Source: the human T2T-CHM13v2.0 reference genome, Homo sapiens
Strand: one strand, 5' to 3'
Assembly (NCBI RefSeq): GCF_009914755.1
Contig: NC_060930.1
DNA: 64,000 nt
Shown here: positions 43,210-58,211 of the stretch, one piece after another
Layout: each line of letters begins with the position of its first letter
Position numbering within the stretch: position 1 is the stretch's first letter
Notes under the pieces: generated by a model
The model's input: the letters and a program-made list of their open reading frames with translations, nothing else
What the model was told of the DNA's origin: nothing
Database searches by the model: none
Made by a program: the position numbers and the translations under genes

Positions 43210-43385
43210 TGAGATAAATATTTATAAGCTGGACTTCATTAAAATAAAATCTTCTGCTCTGCAAAAGACAATGTCAAGTGATTGAGAAGACAAGCCACAG
43301 ACTGAGAGAAAATACTTGAAGAAGACACGTGATAAAACACAAAGAGCTCTCAAAACCCAACAGTAAGTAAATAAACAACCTGATT

Positions 43386-43686
43386 ATTATTTGTTTTTCT
43401 TGTGACAGAGTCTTGCTCTGTCACCTAGGCTAGAGTGCAGTGGCATCATCTCAGCTCACTGCAACATCCACCACCTGGATTCAAGCGATTCTTGTGACTC
43501 AGCCTCCCGCGTAGCTGGGACTACAAGTGTGCACCACCATGTCCAGCTAACTTTTGTATTTTTAGTAGAGATAGAGTTTCACCATGTTGGCCAGGCTGAT
43601 CTCAAACTCCTGAACTCAACTGATTTGCCAACCTCAGTCTCCCAAAGTGCTGGGATTACAGGGGTGTGAGCCACTGTACTGGGCTT
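43386..43686 (-). mobile_element. AluSz/Jb
   Basis: Full dimer; TSD AACAACCTGATT. Confidence 0.92.
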
Positions 43687-43955
43687 AACAACCTGATTTT
43701 TAAAATGGGCCGAAGACCATAACAGAAACCTCAAAGAAGAGGATATACAGATGGCAAATAACCATATGAAAAGATGCAGCACCTCTTATGTCATCAGGAA
43801 AATGTGAATCAAGATGACAAGATATCTCTACACATCTATTAGTATGGCCAAAATCTAGAACACTGATGACACCCAATATTGGCTAGGATATAGAGCAACA
43901 GGAACTCTCATTCATTGCTGGTGGGAATGCAGAATTCTACAACACTTTGTGGGGA

Positions 43956-44600
<645 letters not shown>

Positions 44601-44944
44601 TATAACAGATTTATACATAATTGCCAAAACTTTTTAGCATCCAAAACTTTTTAGCATTCTTTAGTAGATAAACAAACTGTGGTACATCTACACAATGATA
44701 TATTATTCAACAATAAAAGGTAATGACCTATCAAGCCACAAGGAAACATAGAGGAACACTGAAAGCATATTGCTAAGTGAAATAAGTGCATCTGAAATGA
44801 AGACATATTTTATGATTTCAACCATAAGACACTGTGGAAGAGCCAAAACCAAAGAGAAAATGAAAAGATCAATGGTTGCTAAGGATTTGGAGAAAGTGGG
44901 GAGGATCCAAGAGATGAAGCATAAGGGATTTTTAGGATAGTTAA

Positions 44945-45269
<325 letters not shown>

Positions 45270-48200
45270 TTTTAATGGTGAATATATGTCATTATATATT
45301 TGACAAAACTCATAGAATGTACAACAGAATGAGTGAACTCTAATGTAAACTATGGACTTTGGTTAATAATAACCTATCAGTATTGGCTCATCAATTCTAA
45401 GAAATGTACCATTTTAGGTATTAATAACGAAGGTAATATGAGGACTGCATTCTTTCTGCTCCATTTCTCTGTAAACTTCAAACTGCTCTAAAAAGTCCAT
45501 TAGTAATACATACGGAAAACATAGATATTATAAATAGTCTTTAGTTACTGCAGGGAAAAAAATAAGAAATTCCTTACCATCTTGCATCAGGGTTGTTGTG
45601 GTCTAAACGGGCTTCATAAATTAGTTGCATATTGAGTCTGAACCTTGAACAACAGATGTAGAAGGAGTCTGGAGGAAACAAATTATAATAAAAATATTGG
45701 CTAAAAATAAAAGTAATATCTTCATTATTCTCTATGTTAGTAAATAGATCAAAAGTAGGATGCTGAGAATTTTGTCATTAATTCAATTTCAGATGATAGT
45801 TAAGTTTCCTAGTAGCTGTCCTTGACCAAATTTCTCTTGCTCCTACTGAATTCTTTTGTAAGATGGGTGTACAGAGGCTTAGCAGCTGTTACTGTATGTC
45901 AGGAAGCAGCTTTATAACTCTGCCTCCCAATGAAATAAATACAAACCATAGGTTATAGAAGCTCCAGTTCTAACATCAGTGGTATGTGCTGGGAATGCTA
46001 TAATGGCTACCACCTGATATATGCAGAGGGAAAGCAAAAACGAAAAATGTTCTGTGCACCTCCTGCGTTTCTGAAAAATGATAGCTTTCCCGCAAGACAT
46101 ATGGAAACAACTGCTTTCCCAAATATGTAATGTCTCAGGGTACAGACGAAGCCAGTCAGCTTGACAGATAACAGTGAGGAGAGAAATATATGAACATTTC
46201 TCTTTGGGCCAAGAAGCAATAATGTGTCTTACTAGAGTTACTGCCTCTATTAAAACTAGATACAGGATATTAATTGTATTACACAGGAGTTCAGAACAAG
46301 GGCTAGAGCACAGCTCCATAACAGCATGGAAACTGTCACTTCCCAGTTTAGCCTTCTCTAATTAAGTCCCAGTGGGGTCTCCTGTTCATTTCAGTAATGT
46401 GCACTTCTCAGGATAAATGATATCTAAATGCATAAAAAAACCCTGCACCTAAATTGGTCACCAATTCAAATTCTTACTAGACGGCAGTGACTGCAAATTG
46501 TTATACACACCTCCCATGTCTGTTTGTTTACAAGTATGCATTTGCCAGTTACTGGGCTCTCTCTGCCTCTTCCAAGCAGAACATCACTATAGTAAGTCCT
46601 CAAAGGGTAACCCAGAACCAAACACCAGCTATGTGGAGCTACATAGAAAATTCAGTCTGAGAGGATCCAAAACTAGAATGGTAGTTTTTTGTCAGTCATT
46701 TTTGCAGTATTCAATTTAGCTGGTTTGAGGGGAGCCTCTTTTCCTTGAAAACTTTCAACCAAGTTTAACATTTTTTCTTTGAAGATTCATGGAGCATTGA
46801 GAGAGAACGCAAATGTGCACATTGTGCGGGTGTCCTTACAAAGCTTCACGTCTCCACGCAACTGTGCCTACCTTTGTCTGTTGTGTTTTCATTTCTCTTC
46901 CCACTTTTAATGTGAATCTTGTTTTCTTTCTCAACCCAGGTACTCAAATACCCTTTAGGACTCATTTCTCCTTTCCTGGACCTTCTCTGACATTATTACA
47001 TTTCAAAAGACAGGAAACAAACAAAACTGTGCCTCAGATTGAAAACCACAAAAACTGGTTATATCATATTATAGTGGATATTTATTTTCTTTTTTTCAAA
47101 TCTTGAAGTCCCAAAAGTCAGGTAGAAATTACATTTTTAATTAAAAAAATCCATGAATTTAGACACAGAATTAAGGTTAACTAATTAGATGATAGAGAAA
47201 GACTGTCAGTTCCAGCATTAAGTAATCTACAAGGACTGACTTAATAACTGTGATGTATAATTGGGGCCATATCTGCCTTGAGCCAGTGGTGAATTGCTGA
47301 TCTAAAAGGAAAAGTCGCAGACCCCATTCACCTGGACATTTTCATTCCCCAGAGCCTTTGACTATGTCCCTGCTGCATTATTAATAAAACAAGTGTGTCC
47401 TAGGAGTCCATCTATTTTACTATGGTATTATTCCATAGGGTGGTGTCCTAGGTTAATAAACCCTCATTAACAATTGCTAGCAGAACCCCTCAAGCTTTCC
47501 AGTGATTCATTTTACAATAATGGAAAGAACATCAGAATTTACCCCCATATCCAATTTCAAATGCCCTAAAGCAAAGAATAAGAGGTTGGAAACACAAAAA
47601 ATTATCTGCTGTCTTTTTGCAATGTCAAAAACGTAATCATTCTAGGGGTCACTGTTAGTTACTGAATAACCTGTGTAGGATGAAAAGTGTGGCCATTTTA
47701 AAAGTGCATATTATTTTCTCATCTTGTGGAACACACCATTCTATCATATAGCTGATGGGAAGTATCTATGCTTTCTCCCTGGATTTTCTTAATTTCCCAC
47801 ACAGGTAGCAAGAAATTTTTCTTGCAGACTCCTAATATAAGCATGAAAATATTGTTGTGCCCCATTTTATTGTTACCATTAATTTAATGCTGGTACTATT
47901 TGTTAGAGTGAATAAAATGCATATTTATTTGGCACATGTTTGAAACTTTTTCATTGAGAAAGGTTGGTGATTATTAACACATGTTGTCTCAATAATTAAG
48001 AGGTAACTAGGTCATTAAGAACTCATTAATCTTCAGAAATTTTTATCCCACAGGATTTCATGTGAGAAGTTAGAGCTGGGAAAGAAATATGCTTTTCTCT
48101 TTGAAATGAAATAAAAGCCATTATAAAAATGGGCCTGGAATGTGGACTTCATTCAGTTTATATTTCAACTGCATAACAACTTACTACTTTAGAGTGTGTT

Positions 48201-50896
48201 CTTTCATTTAAAAAGGTGTCATATTTTCTAACAATGGTCTAGATATAAATATTTCTGTTAAATATGTATCAGAGTTGGCAAAAAAGTTATTGTCGTATCC
48301 ATCTTAGTTTCATCTGTATTTGAGTAATAAAAACATTCTGTATTCCCTGTCAATTCCTTGTCATTCTCCGAGGGCTCTTCACACTTGCACGCCTTGTTTC
48401 CTACTCTTCTCTTTTTATGGAATTCCTTTTTGGTAAAAATTTTCTTTGCTACCTTTAACTTCTCCTCCAAGATTCAATGCTATTATATTGCTTCAAAACA
48501 TAAAATCTTATTTCCTGAAATGTTGCACAACTGTAAGTTAAAGGTGTCTTAGCTTCAAAAGCAAAGACTTTCTTTTTGTTGAATACTTAGTACTGAGTGA
48601 TCCTTTTTCTTACAGAGTTGAGGATTTTGGCATCTTGCTGAAGGCTTAAAGCCATTTCATCCAGGCAGTGCAGTAGACAGAAAAGCTCACAATGTTTTGC
48701 TGCAGAATGTTTTTAATGAAATAATGATCTTGGAAGATGTGAGGCTGACAGCTCAAGAGACAGAGATATCCTGATTAGCCAAAGGGCGAGCACAGCATGG
48801 GTCAACAGAAGGACACCAGCCTCTACTTGTGGCTTGGAGCAAATCGGCCCCAGTGAAAGTGCAGTCTGCCTCTTCACCCCATCTGCTAAGCCCAGGCAGC
48901 ATGACCCGATTAGTACCAGCTGTGAGAGTGAGTGTTCTGATGGAGAGATAGTTCAACTCAAAGCTGAACCAACTCCCCAGCCTGCTTCCAGACAGCACCA
49001 TTAGGCTGTAAAATCTCTGTATTCCTACTACCCTAATCAAGCCCAAATCAAAGACATACCCGGCAGCACATTACTTACTCTTTTGTCATCTTTTTTTTGC
49101 CCAACATCAATAACGAAACCGCAAATCAAGTCTACTCAGTGTGCTATTTTGATCAAGAGGGGGGGAACAACCTTATCCTTTTATACTTCATAGTTCTAAT
49201 TTGATTTTTGAAGGAGACAAATTTTCTCTGACAAACAGACATGATTATATAAAGGTTATTATGAAATCAATACATGCTGTTTTCTTAGTGCTCACATTAG
49301 ACAATGGTCTATGGGAAATCTTTTTTTACAGAAAATGTTAATTAAAAAAATTTTTAGAGCCCCTGTATCTCATGCATCTATCTCTGAACTTCCAGGGAAA
49401 GCCAAGGGAAAGACATATACCTACAGTAAAATATAAAGGCACTATTCTATTGTAATGTGAATTGTGTCACCTGCAAAACCGTACACATCAGCAGCAGACA
49501 CTTTTCTAAAAGAAGACTTACTTTGATATGCTCATTGTTTCCTTAGGGTGAGAAGTATTTGTATTAGTATTAAATGACTAATGAAAATATCTAATTTGAG
49601 AGAAAACCTGAGGCTTTAATTTATCAGGATGGCTAGCAATAATTTCAGTGTACATGAAAATGATTGCAAACCACATAAATATATCCCAATAAATCCACCA
49701 TAAATGTATTCCCACATTAATTTCCTCTTAACTAGATCCCCCTAAAATGCCTACAGCCACTCCAACACCAGTGAACCTGGAGGAAATGTGATAGAAGGAA
49801 ATCAGAGGGAATATCATACTCTTTTTAAATTTTTATGAAAATGTGAACATGTTAACAAAGTTTTAGTGTTCTTCTCAAGGCCATGGGAGGGTCTGATGTA
49901 AGAAAAGGCTCTGAAACTTTAAATTTTTCAGTTTTACAGTAAGTAGGTTTGCTTATGATTTTATATATGTGAAAGTTATATACTCAGGTAATTCCAGAAA
50001 TTTCAATCCAAATATGATAGATCTGTTAACTTTTCAAGTATGCTAAGCAGTCTCATTGATAAGTACTCATTTCTCATCTACATCTTCAAAATATGAACTG
50101 GTGGAGGCAATGATGCCAACATTCCTCAGAATAGACTTCTCAGGCCAGTTCTGACCCTACCAGGGGGAACTTGGGAAGTCCTGTAGCATTAGCGCATGGA
50201 CAAAGCTAGGCTGACTTGTAACGGGGAGACTAGATAGATCTTGCACTAAGGTCATAGGAGAAGATATACAGAGGGAGCCAGGTTTTGCCAGCGGATAGTT
50301 ATCAGCATCTAGGAGCAGGCAGAGTTACTGGCAGATGAACTAACATCCAGAGGTCTCAGATGGCCTGTGAGTGAGTTGTCAATGTCTGGGCAGCACAACA
50401 GAGAACTGAATCAGGTGGGCTTGCTAGAAGAACCAAAAAGAATTGGAGGCACAATGTTGGAATTGGGGAACAAGCATGGCCTCTGGTTTCCAAAGGTTTT
50501 TCTCCCAAGACAAAGTCTGACATGGTGAAATAGGTAAAAGCCCGTTAACAGAATTTGAGTTCAACATAAATGTGGGACTCAATGTCACTGCACATTAATT
50601 CACTGGATCCTTGTTTGAGTCTCCGGTACTTGAATGTCTGCCTTTTGAGCTGATTGGAACTGCCTGCCTTTTGAGCCGATTTAAATAAAGGGTTCTAATT
50701 TATTCCTGTTAATTCATTTACTAATGAATTAACATATATATTCAATACATATACATTCAATAAGTATGTATTTAAATGCTTAGTATGCCAGACATTGCTC
50801 TAGTTACAAAATCCCTAACCCGTAAAGTTTGTATTCTAGTGAGAAGGCATACAAACAAACTAAATAAATCATTTCAGATGACTGACAAGTGCTATG

Positions 50897-51268
50897 AAAA
50901 AAGTGGCCATCATATACATCATGGAATACTATGCAGCCTTAAAGAAGAATGAGTTCATGTCCTTTGCAGGGACATGGATGAAGCTGGAAACCATCATTCT
51001 CAGCAAACTAACACAGGAACAGAAAACCAAACACCACGTTCTCACTCATAAGTGGGAGTTCAACAATGAGAACACATGGACACAGGGAGGGGAACATCAT
51101 ACACAATGGGGTGGGGGGCAAGGGGAGGGATAGCATTAGGAGAAATATCTAATGCAGATGACAGGTTGATGGGTGCAGCAAACCACCATGGCATGTGTAA
51201 ACCTTTTTAACAAATCTGCATGTTTTGCATATGTATCCCGAACTTATAGTTAAAAAAAAAAAAAAAAA
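50897..51268 (+). mobile_element. L1PA7/8-like 3' end
   Basis: ORF 50894-51133 ends in L1 ORF2 C-terminus (FMSFAGTWMKLETIILSKLTQEQKTKH); poly-A tail. Confidence 0.92.
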
Positions 51269-51652
51269 TCCTGACCATAATGCCATAAGGCATGCCCAAG
51301 GTAGGGGGATTGTTTTCTCTAGAGGATGATCAGGAAAGGTGTCTCTGAAGAGATGCAACTCAAGCCAAGGCCTGACTGATCAGAGTTGGCCATAGGACAG
51401 TCTGTGGGAATCGTCTTTCACACAGCGAAACAGAAAAGAAAATGTTTGGCCTGTGATACGTTTTAGGAAGGAAAAAAACACTACTAAACAGGTAGCAGAT
51501 GAGACATGATGTGATAGGAGAGAAATACAGAGAAAGAGGTATGGCATCAGAGCATGTGAGATTTTAGAGACCAAGTTAAGAAATAGGTACTTTAGTTGCC
51601 TAGGAAGTTATTGAAACTTTTAAAGTGGGAAAATAATAAAATTCTATTTATT

Positions 51653-51931
<279 letters not shown>

Positions 51932-54702
51932 CCTATTTATTCTTCAAAATGATCACTCACTCTAACTTCTGCATGAAAAATGTCAACATCTCTGCTTCCT
52001 ATGTCTGAGTGTTTCCTCCTTCATTTCTGTTATAATTCCTCTAAGATAACTTCCTTCAGCTCAGCCCATGGAGTCCAGTTCTCTCTGGTTTGATTTTGTC
52101 CTATTGCAAACCAAGCCCAGTTCTGATGCTACAGAGAAATCCCTGAGCAAACAGAAAACCACTGAAGAGGAAGGACATGGCCGGGTGCAGTGGTGTCTAG
52201 CATCTGTTCCCCAGTGAGAATTTTGACAAACCCAAATTTGTTCAGAGGGAGAAAGAAATAATTTCTTATTCAGACTTCTGGGTAAATGTGACATAACCAG
52301 AGATCCTTATCTATTGCTTGGGTGGGGGTAAATGGCTGTCTTATATTAATTTTTCATTTAAAAAATCAAAATGCATCAACTGCAACTATGGTGCACATCA
52401 TGTAATATCCTTCATTTCAAAAGGTGTCTCAGGATCTTTCAATATCACAGTTATAATTATGAACATGAGTGTCAACAAAAAATGGGTCTAGGTTCATGAA
52501 AACACATAATCATACAGCACACAGTCTTGAGGATAACAACAAACCAAACTCTCAGGCATTTGTGTATGAATAAGCTAAACTTTTCCAAATTCTTCTAGGA
52601 TTGATAGCATATCAAAAGGTCTGTTAATTATTATATGGTGGGGAAAAATGAAGGTTTTTAATCTGCAAATTACACATTGATTCTAAAACTTTAAAATGCT
52701 TAGATTGTGTGTGTGCGTGTGTGTGTGTTTGAAGGCATGATTTAGCCTTTTAAATTTAGTCCATTACGTTGCACACTATGAACTTGCAAACTTAATAAAA
52801 AAGGAATGATCACACTTAGTATATATTAACAAACTGTAAAACTTGTTCAAGGATAGAATATTTAGCTCCAGCTAACAGAAACCCAAAACCAGATTAGGGT
52901 TGAAGGCCAAAAAGACAAAATGCGGCCTCCCTAAAGCCAGAGTGGAATACTGGGTGGAACAATGTGTATAAAGTATTGATGTTTTATATTCTCTGTACAG
53001 CAAGTTAATCCTATCAGGAATAAGTATTGATTTACATTTCACAGCTAACTTTCTTAGCTTCTGTCAAATTTAATGAACGTTGATGCAGATATTGATTTTT
53101 CTAGCAAAAGGAAATTAACGGGACATTGTCCAATTTTGACCTTTACTTAATGAGCCATGTATACATCAAAAGCCTTTTAAAACATGTTGTTGATCAGCCA
53201 TGGAGCTTCAAAAGCAGTCTTCTGTACCCAAAATAAGAAGTAAAAATCAGACTTTTAATGATCCCCAAACTCATAATTACCGTAGAGAGAAAACTCAATA
53301 GAAATACAAAAGGGGGAGGTTCCCTTGCCACAATCTAGGCAGTGAGAAATCATCAGTGGTTCACAGAATGTGGAAAATGGGCTATGTCTACTCATAATTC
53401 AAATACCGTCTTTTACAAGAACCTGAGAGGAATTTATTTCATAGCAATCCTGCATAAAACCTCTGGCCATGTACCTTTATGTCTAAAAATAAGTCCCCAC
53501 ACTTGTTTGTTTAAATCACTGCTACTAGAAGAAGCTTAACATTAGTTTTGATGTTCTTTGGACAAAAAATCAGTTCCAGATCATCGAATAGAAATCACAT
53601 GCATGTCTTCTGATCTTCTGCTTCTAATTTGTTTCTTTTTTTTCCCCCTTTCCAATGTGTGCTTTGTCTATAGGATCAGGATGCATGGAAATAAATGTCT
53701 TGGTTTTCAACATAATTCCCCTCATAATTCCAAACAACGTACAGAAGGTGAAGAGTTAAAATCAAATGTTCCATTGAAGGCATATCTTGTTAATATAAAC
53801 TCCAATAAACTTCTTTATTTTATAATATTGGATTTTTTAACATCAAACTGCTCAAAAGTAGTATCTATCACAAAATCTTGACCATAGGTTGTTATAGAAA
53901 AGCGTGTGATAATGGTATTTGTTATAACATTATAACAAGATTTTGATAGCTTAAAATGGAAGTTATTATAGAACTACAAGTTCATAATTTTTGCTGAGTT
54001 AATAAATCTTGAAGCTTTCTGCAATGATTTGCTTGATATCTCTGTTTAGCTTAAGAATTTTTCAAACTCAATAGGTCCAAGGGCCAATGGAGTTCAGAGG
54101 TATCATAAAACTGGCCAAAGAACAGAGAACTAGAAAGTGGTAGAGAAAAGACAAACACAGGTGAACAGGTCACCGTTCAGGGGAGACACCAAGTCCCTTA
54201 TAAAAGAAGGGAGGTCATTATCTGCTCTGCAGAAACAGTCAAGTGAGTTCTTTGACAACTGCATAACTCTGGTTTAAAATTTATAAAAAATGAAAAAATT
54301 CATATTATATATGGTTTTCAGATGAATGTCACCTAAAATGTATACCTGTAAATGAAACAGTGCATAAACATTTTCTTTCCTAAAATAAATCCATTTGGTC
54401 AGTGTTTATACTGTTTTGAATGCCAAGCTATAGTAGAATGAGGCCTAATGACTTTTATGAATATTCACAGATGATCATTCTTACTATACTCAAGAAAATA
54501 TTGAGGGCCAGCTTTATCTAAAATTCCCTCAAGCGTATGTCCTAATTTTTTTTGCTCGAATCCTATCATGACTTCTTTTAAAAATCTGAGTTTTCATCGA
54601 CAGTCCATATAAGACAGATAAAATTAAAACCAGAACGGAGGAGATGAACATCTTGTACAACTTCATGTGGCAAAAGATTCATAAAATTGAATAAGAAAAT
54701 TA

Positions 54703-54997
54703 TTTTTTTTCTTTTTTGAGACGGAGTCTCGCTCTGTTGCCCAGGCTGGAGTGCAGTGGCCTGATCTCGGCTCACTGAAGCTCCGCCTCCCGGGTTCACG
54801 CCATTCTCCTGCTTCAGCCTCCTGACTAGCCGGGACTACAGGCGCCCGCCACCATGCCTGGCTAATTTTCTGTATTTTTAGTAGAGACGGGGTTTCACCA
54901 TGTTAGCCAGGGTGGTCTTCATATCCTGACCTCGTGATGCGCCCGCCTCAGCCTCCCAAAGTACTGGGATTACAGGCGTGAGCCACCGCGCCCGGCC
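54703..54997 (-). mobile_element. AluY
   Basis: CpG-rich full dimer, AAGCTCCGCCTCCCGGGTTCACGCCATTCTCC; TSD AAGAAAATT.TTT. Confidence 0.95.
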
Positions 54998-56614
54998 AAG
55001 AAAATTCTTTTAAATAAAAGACTTATCATCAAGACACTGACCTAATTTCAGGATCAAATCCCATTTCTGTCATCTACCTTATATCTAATACTGACTTTAG
55101 CTGTGTAAAAATAGTTGAAGTCAGTGATTCTTGACTAAGAAATTCCAGTCTGTATCTTGAATCACAGTCCTTTCAATTAGATTTCATTATATTTCCTAAA
55201 AAGTAGATTAAAAGAACATGCTTGTGTGGCGGAGAGATACAAAACAGTAGACACCAATTATCAAATGAGTTTTTAGAACAATTTTCCTTAGAAGTCTTAA
55301 AAATAGGTTAGGAAGTCATAGGGGATGGAAGAACTATGGTCTCTCCTGAAGCAGAGAATGGACTGTTTGACATCTTGAGATTCTTTCCAGTTCAGTGAGT
55401 CTGTAATTTTATTTCTTAAATGCACTAGCAATGTGTAAAGACCCTTTAAGAGTTATGGGATTGGGAATGATTTATTTTTATACTAATGATACATTGTGGT
55501 CACATGATGTTCTTCCTCTGAGGATCTTGGAGAGCTTTCTTGACATTTTCTAATTAACTTTCCTTGCATTTCTCAGAAGCATGCATAAGGCACATGTTAT
55601 TATCCACATTGTAGGCATGGCAAAGCTGAGTGCCTAAGGATACAAAAAAAAAGTGAATCCTATACTTAAAAAGCCTGAATACTCAAATTAACAAAAGACT
55701 TGCTGCATTTCTTACTAAGGCAGAATTTACAGAGAAGGTGGCTGCACATAATCCTAGGTCTCTGAGAGATGAAAAGAGAAAAAACTAGCAATTTTGAGAG
55801 AACTGTCTGGAATCTTATGCATGGTCCTGGATCATCACAGTACGAGTATCCAGGGGTGATCCTGAAGGGGTGATTCAAGGGAAAAACCCAAATCAAAGCC
55901 AACGAATGGTACAAGTTATCTATAGGGTGGATTCCATTTACCTTATCTAGTTATTTGGTTGTATTTACAAAGTTGTAATTTTCCAAGTCCCATTAATATT
56001 TATTAAGAAGTACTGACAGCATGGAAAAATATGAATGTTAATTTAAAGCCAAGTTGTTGTGAACAAGGCCTCTTTCTGCTTGAATGTGCCACACACTGTA
56101 ACTCAAATGATGCATTTCATCCTCACAATAATCCTCATGCTAATGTAGGAACTGAGGTTCAAACAAACAACTCCATGAAAATCGTAAGTATTTATTGACA
56201 GAGAATGTTTTTGCCTACTTTTATTTCTGACTCCCAAAACGTGAAATTTTCAAAGCATTTTTTAAGAGGGAGGAAAAGTAGTAATAGAGAAATATGTGTG
56301 GTTTTAGTATATTTCATTGTCTGTTTTTAAATTTGAGATAAAATTGTCACGAAAATATAAGACAAACAGGGAAATCTAATTTTCTGTTTCATTTGTTTAT
56401 TCTATTTATTTTTTAAAGAATAAAACAAACTTGTGATTGAGGAGGAAACATATAATAAACAGCTAAGAATTATCCTGACTGAAATGCAGTGGAATCACAC
56501 ATTTTTTACCCTAAGTTACAAAGGCTTGGATTTTGTATTTATGCAGTGGTAAAAGAGGTAGAGATACACACAAACATAGCAAGGGAGACAACACAAGAGA
56601 GAAAGCATATAGAT

Positions 56615-56663
56615 GAGAAAGAAACAAAGAAGGAAACAAAGAAGGAAGGAAGGAAGAAAGAGA

Positions 56664-56702
<39 letters not shown>

Positions 56703-58106
56703 GGAGGGAGAAGGGAAGGGAAGGAAGGGGAAGGAGAAGGGAAGGGGAAGGAGAAGGGAAGGGAATGGAAGGAAGAGGAAGGAGAAGGGAAGGGAAGGAA
56801 GGAGAAAGGAAGGGAAAGAAGGGGAAGGAGAAGGGAAGGAAAGGGAAGGGAAGGAAAGGGAAGGAAGGAGGGAGGAAGGAGGGTGATAGACACATTAGAT
56901 AGGTAGGTGGGGGGAGGGGGGAGAGGGGGGGAGAGAGAGAGGGGGAGGGGGCAGAGGGGGGGAAGAGATGGGGAAGAGGGGGGGAAGAGATGGGGAAGAG
57001 GGGGGGAGAGAGGGGGGAAGAGGGGGGAGAGAGGGGGGAAGAGGGGGGGAGAGATGGGGGAGAGAGAGGGAGGGGGAGAGACAGGGAGGGGAGAGAGAGA
57101 GAGGGAGGGGGAGAGACAGGGAGGGGAGAGAGAGAGAGGGAGGGGGGACAGAGAGAGAGGGAGGGGGGACAGAGAGAGAGGGAGGGGGGACAGAGAGAGG
57201 GAGGGAGAGAGAGGGAGGGAGGGAGAGAGAAAGAGAGAGGGAGGGAGAGAGAAAGAGAGAGAGGGAGGGAGGGAGAGACACTGAGGGAGGGGGAGGGAGA
57301 GAGAGAGGGAGGCAGAGAGAAAGAGAGGGAGGGAGGCAGAGAGAAAGAGAGGGAGGGAGGCAGAGAGAAAGAGAGGGAGGGAGGCAGAGAGAAAGAGAGG
57401 GAGGGAGGCAGAGAGAAAGAGAGGGAGGCAGGGAGAGAGAGGGAGGGAGAGGGAGGGAGAGAGAGGGAGGGAGGGAGGTAGAGAGAGGGAGACAGAGGGA
57501 GGGAGGGAGAGAGGGAGGGAGGGAGATAGGGAGGGAGAGGGAGGGAAGGAGAGAGGGAGGGAGGGAGAGAGGGAGGGAGGGAGATAGAGAGGGAGGGAGG
57601 GAGATAGAGAGGGAGGGAGGGAGATAGAGAGGGAGGGAGATAGGGAGGGAGGCAGATAGAGAGGGAGGGAGGCAGATAGGGAGGGAGGGAGAGAGAGGGA
57701 GGGAGGGAGAGGGAGGGAGGGAGGGAGAGAGAGAGGGAGAGAGAGAGGGAGGGAGAGAGAGAGGGAGAGAGAGAGGGAGAGAGGGAGGGAGGGAGGGAGG
57801 GAGAGAGAGGGAGAGAGGGAGGGAGGGAGAGAGAGGGAGGGAGAGAGGGAGGGAGGGAGGGAGGGAGAGAGGGAGGGAGAGAGAGGGAGGGAGGGGGAGA
57901 GAGGGAGGGAGAGAGGGAGGGAGAGAGAGGGAGGGAGGGGGAGAGAGGGAGGGAGAGAGGGAGGGAGGGAGAGAGGGAGGGAGGGAGGGAGGGAGAGAGA
58001 GAGGGAGGGAGGGAGGGAGGGAGGGAGGGAGAGAGGGAGGGAGGGAAAGGGAGGGAGGGAGAGAGGGAGAGAGGGAAAGACAGAGACAAAGAGAAAGACA
58101 GAGAGA
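56615..58106 (+). repeat. ~1.5-kb polypurine (GA-rich) low-complexity tract with embedded minisatellites
   Basis: Almost all G/A on the plus strand; 21-bp x3, 24-bp x5 and 20-bp x3 units visible. Confidence 0.97.
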
Positions 58107-58211
58107 CTTAGCTGTCAGAGAGAATAGTGTCCCTTTAAGTTTAACCCAGTTTCTCCTATAGAATAACAACTGTGAACTCAGAGCAAAATATAGACATCAA
58201 CTGCTTGAAAG

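Noticed and set aside
45912-46319. 135-aa ATG-initiated ORF in unique sequence
   Set aside because: No recognisable domain or promoter context; one ORF of this length is plausible by chance in 64 kb. PhyloCSF or Ribo-seq would be needed to revive it
56489-58169. Long ORFs (516, 424, 219 aa and others) rich in S/L/P or R/E/G
   Set aside because: Open only because purine-only and pyrimidine-only repeats cannot encode stops; open in several frames on both strands
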